Source: Actinomycetota bacterium
GTDB taxonomy: Bacteria > Actinomycetota > Thermoleophilia > Gaiellales > Gaiellaceae
NCBI GenBank assembly: GCA_039648845.1
Contig: JBBWZE010000244.1
Span: forward strand, 1 to 42,873
DNA length: 42,873 bases
Direction: 5' to 3'
Position 1 is the stretch's first letter. Each line of letters opens with the position of its first letter. This document shows positions 7,869 to 16,064 of the stretch, in pieces. Position numbers and translations under genes: made by a program. The notes below the pieces were generated by a model. That model was not told where the DNA came from. It saw nothing but the letters and a program-made list of their open reading frames with translations, and searched no databases.

Positions 7869-8240
7869 CTACGAATAGGAGTGCCGGGCTCGCCAGACGC
7901 GAAACATCGCGTACCCCGCCCCGGCGAGAACGCCCAGGAAGCCGAGCTGCTCGTACCCCGGCAACCCATGCCAGAAATACAGACCGATCGCCGCGACGAT
8001 CAGGAGCGCCGAGCCGTAGAAGACAACGCGCTCGCGCTTCGACCAGCTCTCGATCTCGCCGCGCCGCTCACGCCACATCAGGTAGACGAAGAAGGCGACG
8101 GCAAGGAAGAACGCGATCCGCAGCAGCATCGCGATTGCCAGCAGCGCGGTGTACTGGTTGAGCACGACGACGACGAGCGCGATCAGCCCGATGATGAGGA
8201 AGCCTCGGAGCGTCGGCCGATCTGAGAGGAACTTTGGCAT
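7869..8240 (-). CDS. Small integral membrane protein (4 predicted TM helices), unknown function
   Basis: 123-aa ORF with strongly hydrophobic segments. It is co-directional and closely spaced with 8247-8600 and 6825-7823. Confidence 0.55.
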   Translation of the reverse strand: MPKFLSDRPTLRGFLIIGLIALVVVVLNQYTALLAIAMLLRIAFFLAVAFFVYLMWRERRGEIESWSKRERVVFYGSALLIVAAIGLYFWHGLPGYEQLGFLGVLAGAGYAMFRVWRARHSYS

Positions 8241-8246
8241 CTCGTC

Positions 8247-8600
8247 CTAGGCGGTCATGTAGGCCCGTACAGCAAGCACGGCTGCCAACAGGGTAGCCCC
8301 CGCGAACCAGGCCAGCCGGCGCCGTGGATCGGGCGGAGCGTAGAGCCACGGCCAGGCCACGGCGAGCACCGCGAGGCTGCCATACATGTAATGCGCCCCC
8401 TTGTTCGCGCGCTGGTGATCGGCCAGGAGCGAAAAGCCGACTGCCGCCTGCGCCACGATCAGCGTCTGGGCCAGCGCAAGCACGTGCGACACCAGGAGAC
8501 CTGCGCCACCCCGAGTGCGATACGCCACGAGCGCGAGCACAGTTGCGAGCAGACAAACGGTGATCACGAGGAATGCCAGCGCGTGGTGCACCGTTAGCAT
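8247..8600 (-). CDS. Small integral membrane protein (about 4 TM helices), unknown function
   Basis: 117-aa hydrophobic ORF located 6 nt upstream of the next membrane-protein gene. Confidence 0.55.
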   Translation of the reverse strand: MLTVHHALAFLVITVCLLATVLALVAYRTRGGAGLLVSHVLALAQTLIVAQAAVGFSLLADHQRANKGAHYMYGSLAVLAVAWPWLYAPPDPRRRLAWFAGATLLAAVLAVRAYMTA

Positions 8601-8630
8601 CGCGAGCGCACCCTACAGAGAGGATCTACC

Positions 8631-9086
8631 GTGATCGAAGAAGGCAAGCCCGCCCCCGACTTCGAGCTTGAGAGCGACGCCGGCGAGACGATCAAGCTCT
8701 CGGACCTGCGTGGCCGAGCAGTCGTTCTTTACTTCTACCCCAAGGACGACACACCCGGGTGCACGACCGAGGCGTGCGAATTCCGCGATGCGTACGACGT
8801 GTTCCGGGACCGCAACGCGGAAGTGCTCGGCGTCAGCCCTGACGACGTCACCTCCCACCAAAAGTTCAAGACGAAGCATGAGCTCCCCTTCACACTCCTT
8901 GCCGACCCGGATCACGAGGTCGCGGAGAAGTACGGTGTCTGGGGCGAGAAGAACTTTGCCGGCAAGAAGTACATGGGCATCAACCGCTCGACGTTCGTCA
9001 TCGATCCCGAGGGCAAGGTCGCACGCGCGATGATGGGGATCAAGCCAGCGGGTCACGCCTCCGAGGTGCTCGACTCGCTCTCCTGA
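8631..9086 (+). CDS. bcp: Thiol peroxidase, Bcp-type peroxiredoxin
   Basis: 'GKPAPDFELESDAGETIKLSDLRGRAVVLYFYPKDDTPGCTTEACEFRD' contains the Bcp PxxxTxxC/CxxxxC active site. 151 aa with a GTG start. Confidence 0.9.
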   Translation: MIEEGKPAPDFELESDAGETIKLSDLRGRAVVLYFYPKDDTPGCTTEACEFRDAYDVFRDRNAEVLGVSPDDVTSHQKFKTKHELPFTLLADPDHEVAEKYGVWGEKNFAGKKYMGINRSTFVIDPEGKVARAMMGIKPAGHASEVLDSLS

Positions 9087-9129
9087 AGAGTTCAGCCGAG
9101 CGAGGCTCTCTCCGGGTATGTCGCCTGTC

Positions 9130-10227
9130 CTACCCCGGCACCGCGGTCCAGGTCGAGAGCGACGAGGGCGAGCTGCCGGCCGCGTACGGCCGGACCGCGC
9201 CGACGTAGGAAAGCGCGTACCGGGTCTCGAACAGGCTCGAGACTTTCACGAAGTCGCCCGTCTGTGGAGCATGGATGAAGGATCCGTTTCCGATGTAGAT
9301 CCCCTCGTGTTGCGGAACGCCGGCAGAGTTGGCGTGGAAGAAAAGAAGGTCACCAGGCTGCAGTCCGGCGCGCGGGACACGTAATCCGGCGTAGTACTGG
9401 AAGCCGGTGTAGTGGCCGAGCTTGATCCCGAGCTGCCCGTAGACATACATCGTCAGCCCCGAGCAATCGAAGCCGGACGGCGACTCGCCTCCCCACAAGT
9501 AGGGGATGCCGAGGTAGCGATAAGCGAGCGCGACGGCCTGACCCCCGAGCGTGTTGGTCGGCGGCAGGATGTCGGGCGCGAGGAACGTCGGCACGCCGGA
9601 CAGCGATGCCTGGGCGGCAGGGAGTTGTGGGAGCCCCAGCACGGCCGCGGCGCGACTGGTCGAGGAGTCCGGATGGGCCGCGCGCGCAAGCCCCACGAGC
9701 AGCTGCGTTCCGGGCGCCAGGCCGAGCGAGGGACCGGAGACGAACGCGCGCAACCCGACGAGGCCGGAGCCCGTCCTCCCGGGCGAGACCGCCTCCTGCA
9801 GCGCCACGACGTAGCTGCCGCCGTCGAGGGGAATGATGGCGTTCGGGCCGACCACATAGCCCGTTCCGTCGACGACGAGACCGTCGATCCTGGCGCCCTG
9901 GAGGCCGCGGGACGGAACGACCAGCCGGCGAACGATGATCCGCCCATTGAACATCGACACATCGCGCAGCTCGACACGGGCGGCCGTCGCGCGGGACGAG
10001 CCGATTCTGAGAATGGACCCGTCCGCCGGGTAAGAGTAGGAACCGAACCCTGCCTTTCCCAGCAACGTCCCGTCAGCCGAGCGCACCTCGGCCAGTCCCA
10101 GCGTCCCGGCCCGCGCAGGCGCGGCGAAGACGAGCAGGATGGCCGCTACCCCCAATCCCCGACGCAGCATCGAGGCTCGGATGTTACTGGGGAATGAGAA
10201 AAAGCTCCAACGGCGAGTCTTCGACAT
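9130..10227 (-). CDS. Secreted NlpC/P60 (C40) cell-wall peptidase with an N-terminal domain of unknown function
   Basis: The C-terminal segment 'YLGIPYLWGGESPSGFDCSGLTMYVYGQLGIKLGHYTGFQY...GDLLFF...HEGIYIGNGSFIHAP' carries the Cys-His catalytic core. Signal peptide is '...MLRRGLGVAAILLVFAAPARA'. Start is ATG 10227, with ATG 10170 as an alternative. The track ORF extends to 10467. Confidence 0.85.
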   Translation of the reverse strand: MSKTRRWSFFSFPSNIRASMLRRGLGVAAILLVFAAPARAGTLGLAEVRSADGTLLGKAGFGSYSYPADGSILRIGSSRATAARVELRDVSMFNGRIIVRRLVVPSRGLQGARIDGLVVDGTGYVVGPNAIIPLDGGSYVVALQEAVSPGRTGSGLVGLRAFVSGPSLGLAPGTQLLVGLARAAHPDSSTSRAAAVLGLPQLPAAQASLSGVPTFLAPDILPPTNTLGGQAVALAYRYLGIPYLWGGESPSGFDCSGLTMYVYGQLGIKLGHYTGFQYYAGLRVPRAGLQPGDLLFFHANSAGVPQHEGIYIGNGSFIHAPQTGDFVKVSSLFETRYALSYVGAVRPYAAGSSPSSLSTWTAVPG

Positions 10228-10277
10228 CGGGGTCACCCGGCGTCTATGCGCCGGGCCCCCGATGTCTCTCGGCAAGC

Positions 10278-10718
10278 TCAGTCGAGCGTGACGACGGTGC
10301 AGTCGGTGACGTACGTCGCCGGTCCCGTGACTGTCCAATTGATGCTGAGTGTCAGACCGCGAATCCCGGCGGCATCTGCCGGCGTGAACTTCACGTCGGC
10401 CGTGCCGTTGCCGTGAGCGTTGGTGTCGATCGTTGCCGTCGGCACGACGACGCTTCCCCCACTGCAATCGAGACTCGCGGCAAAGATATGGAGCTCAACC
10501 TGATACGTCCCTGCGACGGCACCGCTGAGCGCGTAGATCTCGTGCGCGTAGACGATCGGGCCGTTCGGATGGACATTGACGACCATCCCGCCGCCCGGCG
10601 CACCGTTCAAGCCATGAAGCTCGAGCCGCTCGGTGTGGTAGGCGCTGTCGGCCGAAGCGGCTGCGGCGAGTGTCGCAGCAAGGACGGCCACGATGATGAG
10701 ACTGAAGAAATGGCGCAT
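10278..10718 (-). CDS. Small secreted protein (146 aa), probable beta-sandwich, unknown function
   Basis: ATG at 10716-10718 preceded by the strong SD GAGGAGGGGAG. Signal peptide is MRHFFSLIIVAVLAATLAAAASA. The mature part is rich in Thr/Val/Gly and has two Cys. Confidence 0.7.
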   Translation of the reverse strand: MRHFFSLIIVAVLAATLAAAASADSAYHTERLELHGLNGAPGGGMVVNVHPNGPIVYAHEIYALSGAVAGTYQVELHIFAASLDCSGGSVVVPTATIDTNAHGNGTADVKFTPADAAGIRGLTLSINWTVTGPATYVTDCTVVTLD

Positions 10719-10904
10719 CTCCCCTCCTCGCGTAGTAACCGCCCGACAGGATGACGCATCATGCTTGCGGAATCCACCTGCATTAGAGCCGCCTGCAAAA
10801 CCGTACAAACGCGAGACAGCAATCCATACCTTTGATGGGTTGACGCCGGCTCGTCGCGGACCAAGCTGAGGGAGACGTCTCCTGGGGGAGGAGAACTGCG
10901 GAAC

Positions 10905-11117
10905 ATGCTGATCGGAGACACCGTCACCTATGACGGGCGGACCCACGTTGTCGTCGGCTTCACGCCGACGAGCGTGAAGCCTGCCCAGGTCCAGTTGAGC
11001 GATCCCGAGGCCGGGATCACTTTCTGGGTTGATCTACAGCTGGACCGGGAGCTCGACGCTCCAGAGCGAGCGGCCCTTCGGCTCGTCCGTGGCGATCGAC
11101 GCCCGGGGCCGCGCTAA
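10905..11117 (+). CDS. Hypothetical small protein (70 aa)
   Basis: ATG preceded by GGGGGAGGAG and followed by a strong hairpin terminator. It has no recognisable motif. Confidence 0.4.
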   Translation: MLIGDTVTYDGRTHVVVGFTPTSVKPAQVQLSDPEAGITFWVDLQLDRELDAPERAALRLVRGDRRPGPR

Positions 11118-11196
11118 CTCAAATCCGGTAGTTCGCAGAGAACGCCCACGGAGAGCGCGTCGTCGCACTGCGGCGAGGCCAACGCGTCGAGCCGAT

Positions 11197-11230
11197 GGGC
11201 GGGGGCGGCCCTTTCGGGCCGTCCCCGCCC
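11197..11230. terminator. Strong GC hairpin between convergent genes (bidirectional terminator candidate)
   Basis: GGGCGGGGCGGCCC-TTTC-GGGCCGTCCCCGCCC, about 14 bp with one bulge. There is no U-tract. Confidence 0.55.
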
Positions 11231-11252
11231 TAAACATCGGCTCAATCTCGGG

Positions 11253-12134
11253 CTAACCAGTCAGGGCCCTGGCGACCGTGATGTGGCTTGGATCGAAGGC
11301 GACGATCCAGTCGAGAACTTTCTGCTGGTCGATCCGGAAGGCGTAGTCCGAGCCGACGCAGAACTTGTGCCCGAACGACGTCACCGCAACGATGACGTTC
11401 GTTGCGTCATAGAAGATGGGGCCACCGGAGTCACCAAAGCAGGTGGCGCCGCGGCCGTTTCCGCCGTTCGCGGTCATGTGCAGGTTGAACCCCGCAGTGA
11501 GCGCACTTCGCAGCGACACCAACTGCGTCGTCGCCACATACCGTGTCCTCTCGGCTATCTCTTTATGTCCGACCTCCTGCTGCAACCCGTAGCCGACGAT
11601 CGTGAAGGTGACGGTCTGCGTCCCTCGCTTGGTCGCTAGTGCGTCCAAGGAACCGGCCGGAGCAAGCGCGCCGTATGTGGCCGAATCGACCGGTTCGCTC
11701 AGAACGACGACGCCAACATCGCCTGTGTTGGGAAACGCAGCGTCCTCGGGTGGAACGATCCCGGGAAACGCGAAGCCCGGATACGCATTCGGAGTCCCCT
11801 CCAATCCGCCGGTGCAGGGAAAACCGGTAAAACCGGTGCAAGGCGGGCGCGATTCCACCGGATCCAGCGGATAAGCGCCCGCAGGTATCGGCCCAGTTTC
11901 GAACCACACTTGTGCCGAAGCCATTCCGTAGGTGCAATGACCTGCGGTCAGCACGACGGTCGGAGAAATCAACGTGCCTGTACAGCGATGCTCGTAGACA
12001 CCGCTTGCGTCGTAAAACGTGATCAGACCGACATACGTGTGCTGCGTGTCAATCGTCCCATTGACGATCGCGCTCGACGGCGCAGCAAAGACCGCCGCGA
12101 GAGCAACGACCATCAACGCAAAGAGCTTTCGCAT
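11253..12134 (-). CDS. Secreted trypsin-like serine protease (S1 family)
   Basis: 'LTAGHC' (His), 'GDSGGP' (Ser), and signal peptide MRKLFALMVVALAAVFAAPSSA followed directly by 'IVNGT' (an IVGG-like mature N-terminus). ATG at 12132-12134 with an AGAGGGGG SD. The track ORF runs on to 12389. Confidence 0.85.
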   Translation of the reverse strand: MRKLFALMVVALAAVFAAPSSAIVNGTIDTQHTYVGLITFYDASGVYEHRCTGTLISPTVVLTAGHCTYGMASAQVWFETGPIPAGAYPLDPVESRPPCTGFTGFPCTGGLEGTPNAYPGFAFPGIVPPEDAAFPNTGDVGVVVLSEPVDSATYGALAPAGSLDALATKRGTQTVTFTIVGYGLQQEVGHKEIAERTRYVATTQLVSLRSALTAGFNLHMTANGGNGRGATCFGDSGGPIFYDATNVIVAVTSFGHKFCVGSDYAFRIDQQKVLDWIVAFDPSHITVARALTG

Positions 12135-12403
12135 GCGAACCCCCTCTTGGTCTCTTCCCTCGACCGGTCTTTTAGCACGGATGCCGTGGAGATTCGACTC
12201 TTGCTGCTGCGCGCTCAACCACCGACAGCAGCTCGGGGAACCGACCGGCCCTGGCCAGGAGGAGTTCTCGGTCCTAGCTGCCTGAGGGTGGCGGCTGGTC
12301 TTGTGTTGATGCTGCATGCGACCGGGCTGTTGGTTCCCTCCGGCATCGAATGGATTAGGAGCGGGGACACCTCCGCACCGAGGCGCCAATTAGGATTCTG
12401 TGC

Positions 12404-13096
12404 GTGGTGCCGACGGCAAAACTCCGCTATCGGTTAGTCGGACGCGTAGCGCCGACGTACGCCAAGCGGACCGCAGAACTCGCGTACTGGGCGAAACGGC
12501 AGGCTGACGAGGGGGTGCTGGAAAACCACTGGTACCGCGCCGGGTTCACGACCGCCTTCGGGATCGACGAATCGTTCTACATCGGAAAGCGGCTGCTCGA
12601 CATCGGGTGTGGGCCGCGGGGAAGCCTGGAGTGGGCGACGATGGCGAGCGAGCGGGTTGGGATCGATCCGCTGGCCAGGCAGTACGAGCGGTTGAACGGC
12701 GGCCAGCACGCCATGACCTACAGGGCCGCACGATCGGAGGAGATTCCCTTCCCAGACGGGTATTTCGACGTCGTCAGCTCCTTCAATTCCCTGGACCACG
12801 TCGACGATCTAGACGCGACCATTGGCGAGATCGGGCGAGTAACCACCCCGGGCGGCACGTTCCTGCTCATCACGACCCTCAATCACTTGCCGACGCGCAC
12901 GGAACCTCAGTCATTTTCCTGGGACGTCCTGGAGAGATTCAGAGGCTTCGAGGTCGTCGAGGAACGACGGCTGCAGAAAGGCTCAGGCATCTCGGACGCG
13001 ATCCAGAACGTGCCCTACGACAAGAGTGATCCGACGCGCGATGGAACTCTCGTAGCGCGCCTTGAGCGCGTGGACACACGACCGCAGTCATCCTGA
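12404..13096 (+). CDS. Class I SAM-dependent methyltransferase
   Basis: Motif I 'LLDIGCGPRG', then 'FDVVSSFNSLDHV' and 'PGGTFLL'. The GTG start is uncertain. It contains codons that are rare for a high-GC genome (TTA, CTA, GTA, AGA). Confidence 0.75.
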   Translation: MVPTAKLRYRLVGRVAPTYAKRTAELAYWAKRQADEGVLENHWYRAGFTTAFGIDESFYIGKRLLDIGCGPRGSLEWATMASERVGIDPLARQYERLNGGQHAMTYRAARSEEIPFPDGYFDVVSSFNSLDHVDDLDATIGEIGRVTTPGGTFLLITTLNHLPTRTEPQSFSWDVLERFRGFEVVEERRLQKGSGISDAIQNVPYDKSDPTRDGTLVARLERVDTRPQSS

Positions 13097-13202
13097 TCCC
13101 GCCGGTGGGACCGGTAGAAATCTCCGGCCCTTTTGTGAGCATCGCCGAAGGGGCGTTGGGTCAGCGGCCGATCAACCCTACGACTCGGGCGCATGGCTTT
13201 GA

Positions 13203-13286
13203 TGCGGATGAGAGGACTTGAACCTCCACGGGGTTGCCCCCACACGGACCTGAACCGTGCGCGTCTACCAATTCCGCCACATCCGC
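13203..13286 (-). tRNA. tRNA-Leu (anticodon CAG), class II with a long variable arm; CCA not encoded
   Basis: Folded by hand. Acceptor stem GCGGATG/CATCCGC; D-arm GCG-GAATTGGTAGA-CGC; anticodon stem CACGG/CCGTG with loop TTCAGGT; variable arm GGGG-GCAA-CCCC; T-arm GGAGG-TTCAAGT-CCTCT; discriminator A. Confidence 0.9.
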
Positions 13287-13438
13287 GCGAAGGCACAGTC
13301 TAACCAGGCCCCTGATTTGCTTACAGCTGCCGCGGAGGCGAGCTTGCCCGTACGATTTCCGACCTGAGACGGGGTCTCCTGATCTGCGGACTGCTAGCGC
13401 TCTCGACTGCTCCGGCTGCTCACGCTGGAAACGTCGAG

Positions 13439-15787
13439 GTGCTCGTGACGCTCAAGGCGCCGCCGCTAGCCGAGGTGTTCACGCGGCAGGGGACGCTCTC
13501 CTTCTCCTCTTTCGCGCGACCGAACCGCCTGCTGTTGAGTGCGCCCGCAAGCCGCAGCTACCTGCAGCGGCTCGATTCTGCCCAGCGTCTACTGGAGGCC
13601 AGGATCCGCACCAGAATCCCCGCTGCCCGTGTGCGCTGGCGTTTCGGGGTCGTCCTCGACGGCTTCGCCGTCGTAGTCCCGCGCTCGCAGGTCACTTCGC
13701 TCTCGAGGATGGCGGGCGTCCAGGTCTGGCCGAGCATCCGGTACCACACGCTCCTCGACAGGACGCCGCAGCTGATCGGCGCGCCGAGCCTTTGGGGGCC
13801 GACGCTGTCGACCGCAGGTCAGGGAATGAAGATCGCGATCGTCGATGACGGTATCGACCAGACGCACCCGTTCTTCGCTCCGGCCGGTTACACATATCCG
13901 CCCGGCTTTCCGAAGGGTCAGACTGCGTACACGACGCCGAAAGTGATCGTCGCCAGAGCGTTTGCGCCTGCGACGCCGGCCTACGCGAACGCAAAGCTCC
14001 CGTTCGATCCAGAGCTCTCCGACCACGGCATCCATGTCGCCGGCATAGCGGCGGGAAACAACAACACGCTCACTCGAAGCGGATTCCGGCTCTCCGGGAT
14101 CGCGCCACGTGCGTACCTGGGTAACTACAAGGCACTCGGCATCCCGAGCGAGTTCGGTGCGAACGGCAACTCACCAGAGCTTGCCGCCGCCATCGAGATG
14201 GCGGTGCGAGACGGCATGGACGTCATCAATCTCTCGCTCGGCGAGACCGAGATCGACCCGACCCGAGACCTGGTCGTGAGGGCGCTGAACGCCGCCGCCG
14301 ACGCGGGCGTCGTCTCGACAATCGCGACCGGGAACGATTTCGGGGAATTCGGCTTCGGGTCGATCACCTCACCCGGGAGCGCCGCCAAGGGGATCTCTGT
14401 CGCAGCATCGAGCGGCGGCCACGGCAGCCCGGACGTGGACCAGGTTGCGGACTTCTCGTCCGCCGGCCCGACGCCGTACTCACTGCTCTTCAAGCCCGAC
14501 GTCACCGCGCCGGGCGAGAGCGTGCTCTCGGCCGCACCCGAGGGCGGCTTCGTCGAGATGAGCGGGACCAGCATGTCGGCACCGCACGTCGCCGGTGCGG
14601 CGGCCGTGCTGGGCCAGCGTCACCCGACCTGGACGCCTGCCCAGGTCAAGTCCGCGCTCGTGCTCACAGGTGTCCCCGTTCGTAACGGCGGCACCAGCGA
14701 GGTCAACCCTTTACGTGAGGGAGGCGGCCGGATCGATCTGGTTCAAGCCGATCAGCCGCTCGTCTTCGCGAGCCCGACCAACCTCTCGTTCGGATTGCTG
14801 AAGCCGCGCGCGATTGCGCGGCGCACGCTGAGCCTCGCGGACGCAGGAGCAGGTGCTGGAGTCTGGAGCGTTGCCACCAGCGCCCCCCGGGTGCCGCTCG
14901 CGGTTCCGCCTCAGGTCACCGTGCCCGGTCTCCTGCCCGTGCGCGTGGTCGTGCCTCGGAACGCGCGCGAAGGTGTGTCGACCGGATTCGTGATCCTCGC
15001 GCGCGGCGGCATCAGGCGAAGAATCCCCTTCTGGTTCCGGGTCGAGCGCCCGCGGCTTCGGCTCAATCGACGCGTCGCGCTGGTGCGGCCCGGTGACCAC
15101 GAGGCGAACACCACGCGCGGCGCCGCCCGAGTGACGTCGTATCGCTATCCCGACGTCCTGCCCGGCCAAGCTCCCTTCCCAGTCCGGCTCAGTGGACGCG
15201 AAGTCGTGTATCGGGTCCACATACGCCGTCGGATCGCGAACTTCGGCGTGGCGGTGATCGCACGCGGCCGCGGCGTCGGAGTCGAGCCCCGCGTCGTTCG
15301 CGCCGGCGACGAGAACCGGCTCACCGGCTACACGGCTTTGCCTTTCGACCAGAATCCCTACCGCAGCACCTACGGGCGTCACAGGCTCGTCGCCGGCGCG
15401 GTCCTACCTGCTCCCGGTGTGTACGACATCGTCTTCGACACGCCACGGGGTGCGCGCTCGGGCGCGTTCCGTTTCCGGTTCTGGCAGGGCGACGTCCAGC
15501 CTCCTTCGGTGCGAGTGCTCGGCATTCGCAATCAGTTCCTCGAGCTGGCGGTCAGTGACCGCGGCTCAGGGGTCGATCCGCTGTCGCTTCAGGTTCAAGT
15601 CGACGGGAACATCGTGTCGGCCTCGTACGCGTCCGGCCACGCGCGCTTGCCCGTTGCCGATTTCGCACGCGGGCGCCACGCATTGACCTTCACCGTCTCC
15701 GACTATCAGGAGACCAAGAACATGGAGGACGTCGCCCGCATCCTCCCGAACACCCGGACGCTGCGGACGACTTTCGTGCGGCCGTAG
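13439..15787 (+). CDS. Secreted subtilisin-like serine peptidase (S8 family) with I9-like propeptide and C-terminal beta-rich domains
   Basis: Asp 'IAIVDDGID', His 'HGIHVAGIAAG' and Ser 'SGTSMSAPHVAGAAAVL'. The first canonical start is GTG 13439. However, the in-frame upstream sequence (from about 13355/13364) encodes a signal peptide '..RRGLLICGLLALSTAPAAHA', so the true start is probably upstream and non-canonical. Confidence 0.85.
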   Translation: MLVTLKAPPLAEVFTRQGTLSFSSFARPNRLLLSAPASRSYLQRLDSAQRLLEARIRTRIPAARVRWRFGVVLDGFAVVVPRSQVTSLSRMAGVQVWPSIRYHTLLDRTPQLIGAPSLWGPTLSTAGQGMKIAIVDDGIDQTHPFFAPAGYTYPPGFPKGQTAYTTPKVIVARAFAPATPAYANAKLPFDPELSDHGIHVAGIAAGNNNTLTRSGFRLSGIAPRAYLGNYKALGIPSEFGANGNSPELAAAIEMAVRDGMDVINLSLGETEIDPTRDLVVRALNAAADAGVVSTIATGNDFGEFGFGSITSPGSAAKGISVAASSGGHGSPDVDQVADFSSAGPTPYSLLFKPDVTAPGESVLSAAPEGGFVEMSGTSMSAPHVAGAAAVLGQRHPTWTPAQVKSALVLTGVPVRNGGTSEVNPLREGGGRIDLVQADQPLVFASPTNLSFGLLKPRAIARRTLSLADAGAGAGVWSVATSAPRVPLAVPPQVTVPGLLPVRVVVPRNAREGVSTGFVILARGGIRRRIPFWFRVERPRLRLNRRVALVRPGDHEANTTRGAARVTSYRYPDVLPGQAPFPVRLSGREVVYRVHIRRRIANFGVAVIARGRGVGVEPRVVRAGDENRLTGYTALPFDQNPYRSTYGRHRLVAGAVLPAPGVYDIVFDTPRGARSGAFRFRFWQGDVQPPSVRVLGIRNQFLELAVSDRGSGVDPLSLQVQVDGNIVSASYASGHARLPVADFARGRHALTFTVSDYQETKNMEDVARILPNTRTLRTTFVRP

Positions 15788-15790
15788 GCG

Positions 15791-16021
15791 CTACCGCTTC
15801 CGGTCTGTCTCTTCGATCGTCGGCAGCTCGTTGAGGTCGCGCTCGACGCTCGCTGCAAACTCCTCGGTCTCCGTCCGGAGCAGCTTGAGCTGGCTCTTAC
15901 GGTGCGCGCGCTCACGGCGAAGCCGAGCCTCGTTTCCGAATCGGCCGGAAAGCCGTGGCCATTCCGCGCCGATGACGGCCGCAACGGTGCCAAGCAGAAG
16001 GGCGATCATCAGCCAGCCCAC
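15791..16021 (-). CDS. Small membrane-anchored protein (N-terminal TM helix, highly charged C-terminal tail)
   Basis: 76-aa ORF 'MGWLMIALLLGTVAAVIGAEW...' followed by an Arg/Glu/Lys-rich helix. It is convergent with the S8 gene and divergent from the copper protein gene. Confidence 0.45.
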   Translation of the reverse strand: MGWLMIALLLGTVAAVIGAEWPRLSGRFGNEARLRRERAHRKSQLKLLRTETEEFAASVERDLNELPTIEETDRKR

Positions 16022-16064
16022 GCGGCCATTCTACCCGCCGCCCGCCGGTGGTAGATTCGGGCCG

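Noticed and set aside
10228-10277. A cyclic-di-AMP (ydaO-type) riboswitch upstream of the NlpC/P60 gene, as is often seen in Actinobacteria.
   Set aside because: Only ~50 nt separate it from the upstream gene. That spacer contains a single simple hairpin (CCGGCG-catagA-CGCCGG), which is too short and lacks the ydaO conserved elements.
10836-10845. A shared 'GGGTTGACGCC' element upstream of two plus-strand genes (4791-4800 and 10836-10845), as a possible common regulatory box.
   Set aside because: Only the first copy has a credible -10 (TACACT) at 17-nt spacing. The second is followed by AAGCTG. Two occurrences of an 11-mer containing a -35-like core are weak evidence.
10871-10882. A perfect 12-bp palindrome, GGAGACGTCTCC, in the divergent region before the 70-aa ORF, as a possible operator.
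   Set aside because: About ten perfect 12-bp palindromes are expected by chance in 43 kb. There is no second copy and no adjacent regulator gene.
13097-13320. A prophage or integrative element at tRNA-Leu.
   Set aside because: I found no integrase, excisionase or phage genes anywhere in the window, and no repeat of the tRNA 3' end. Only compositional oddities remain, and these are reported separately at low interest.
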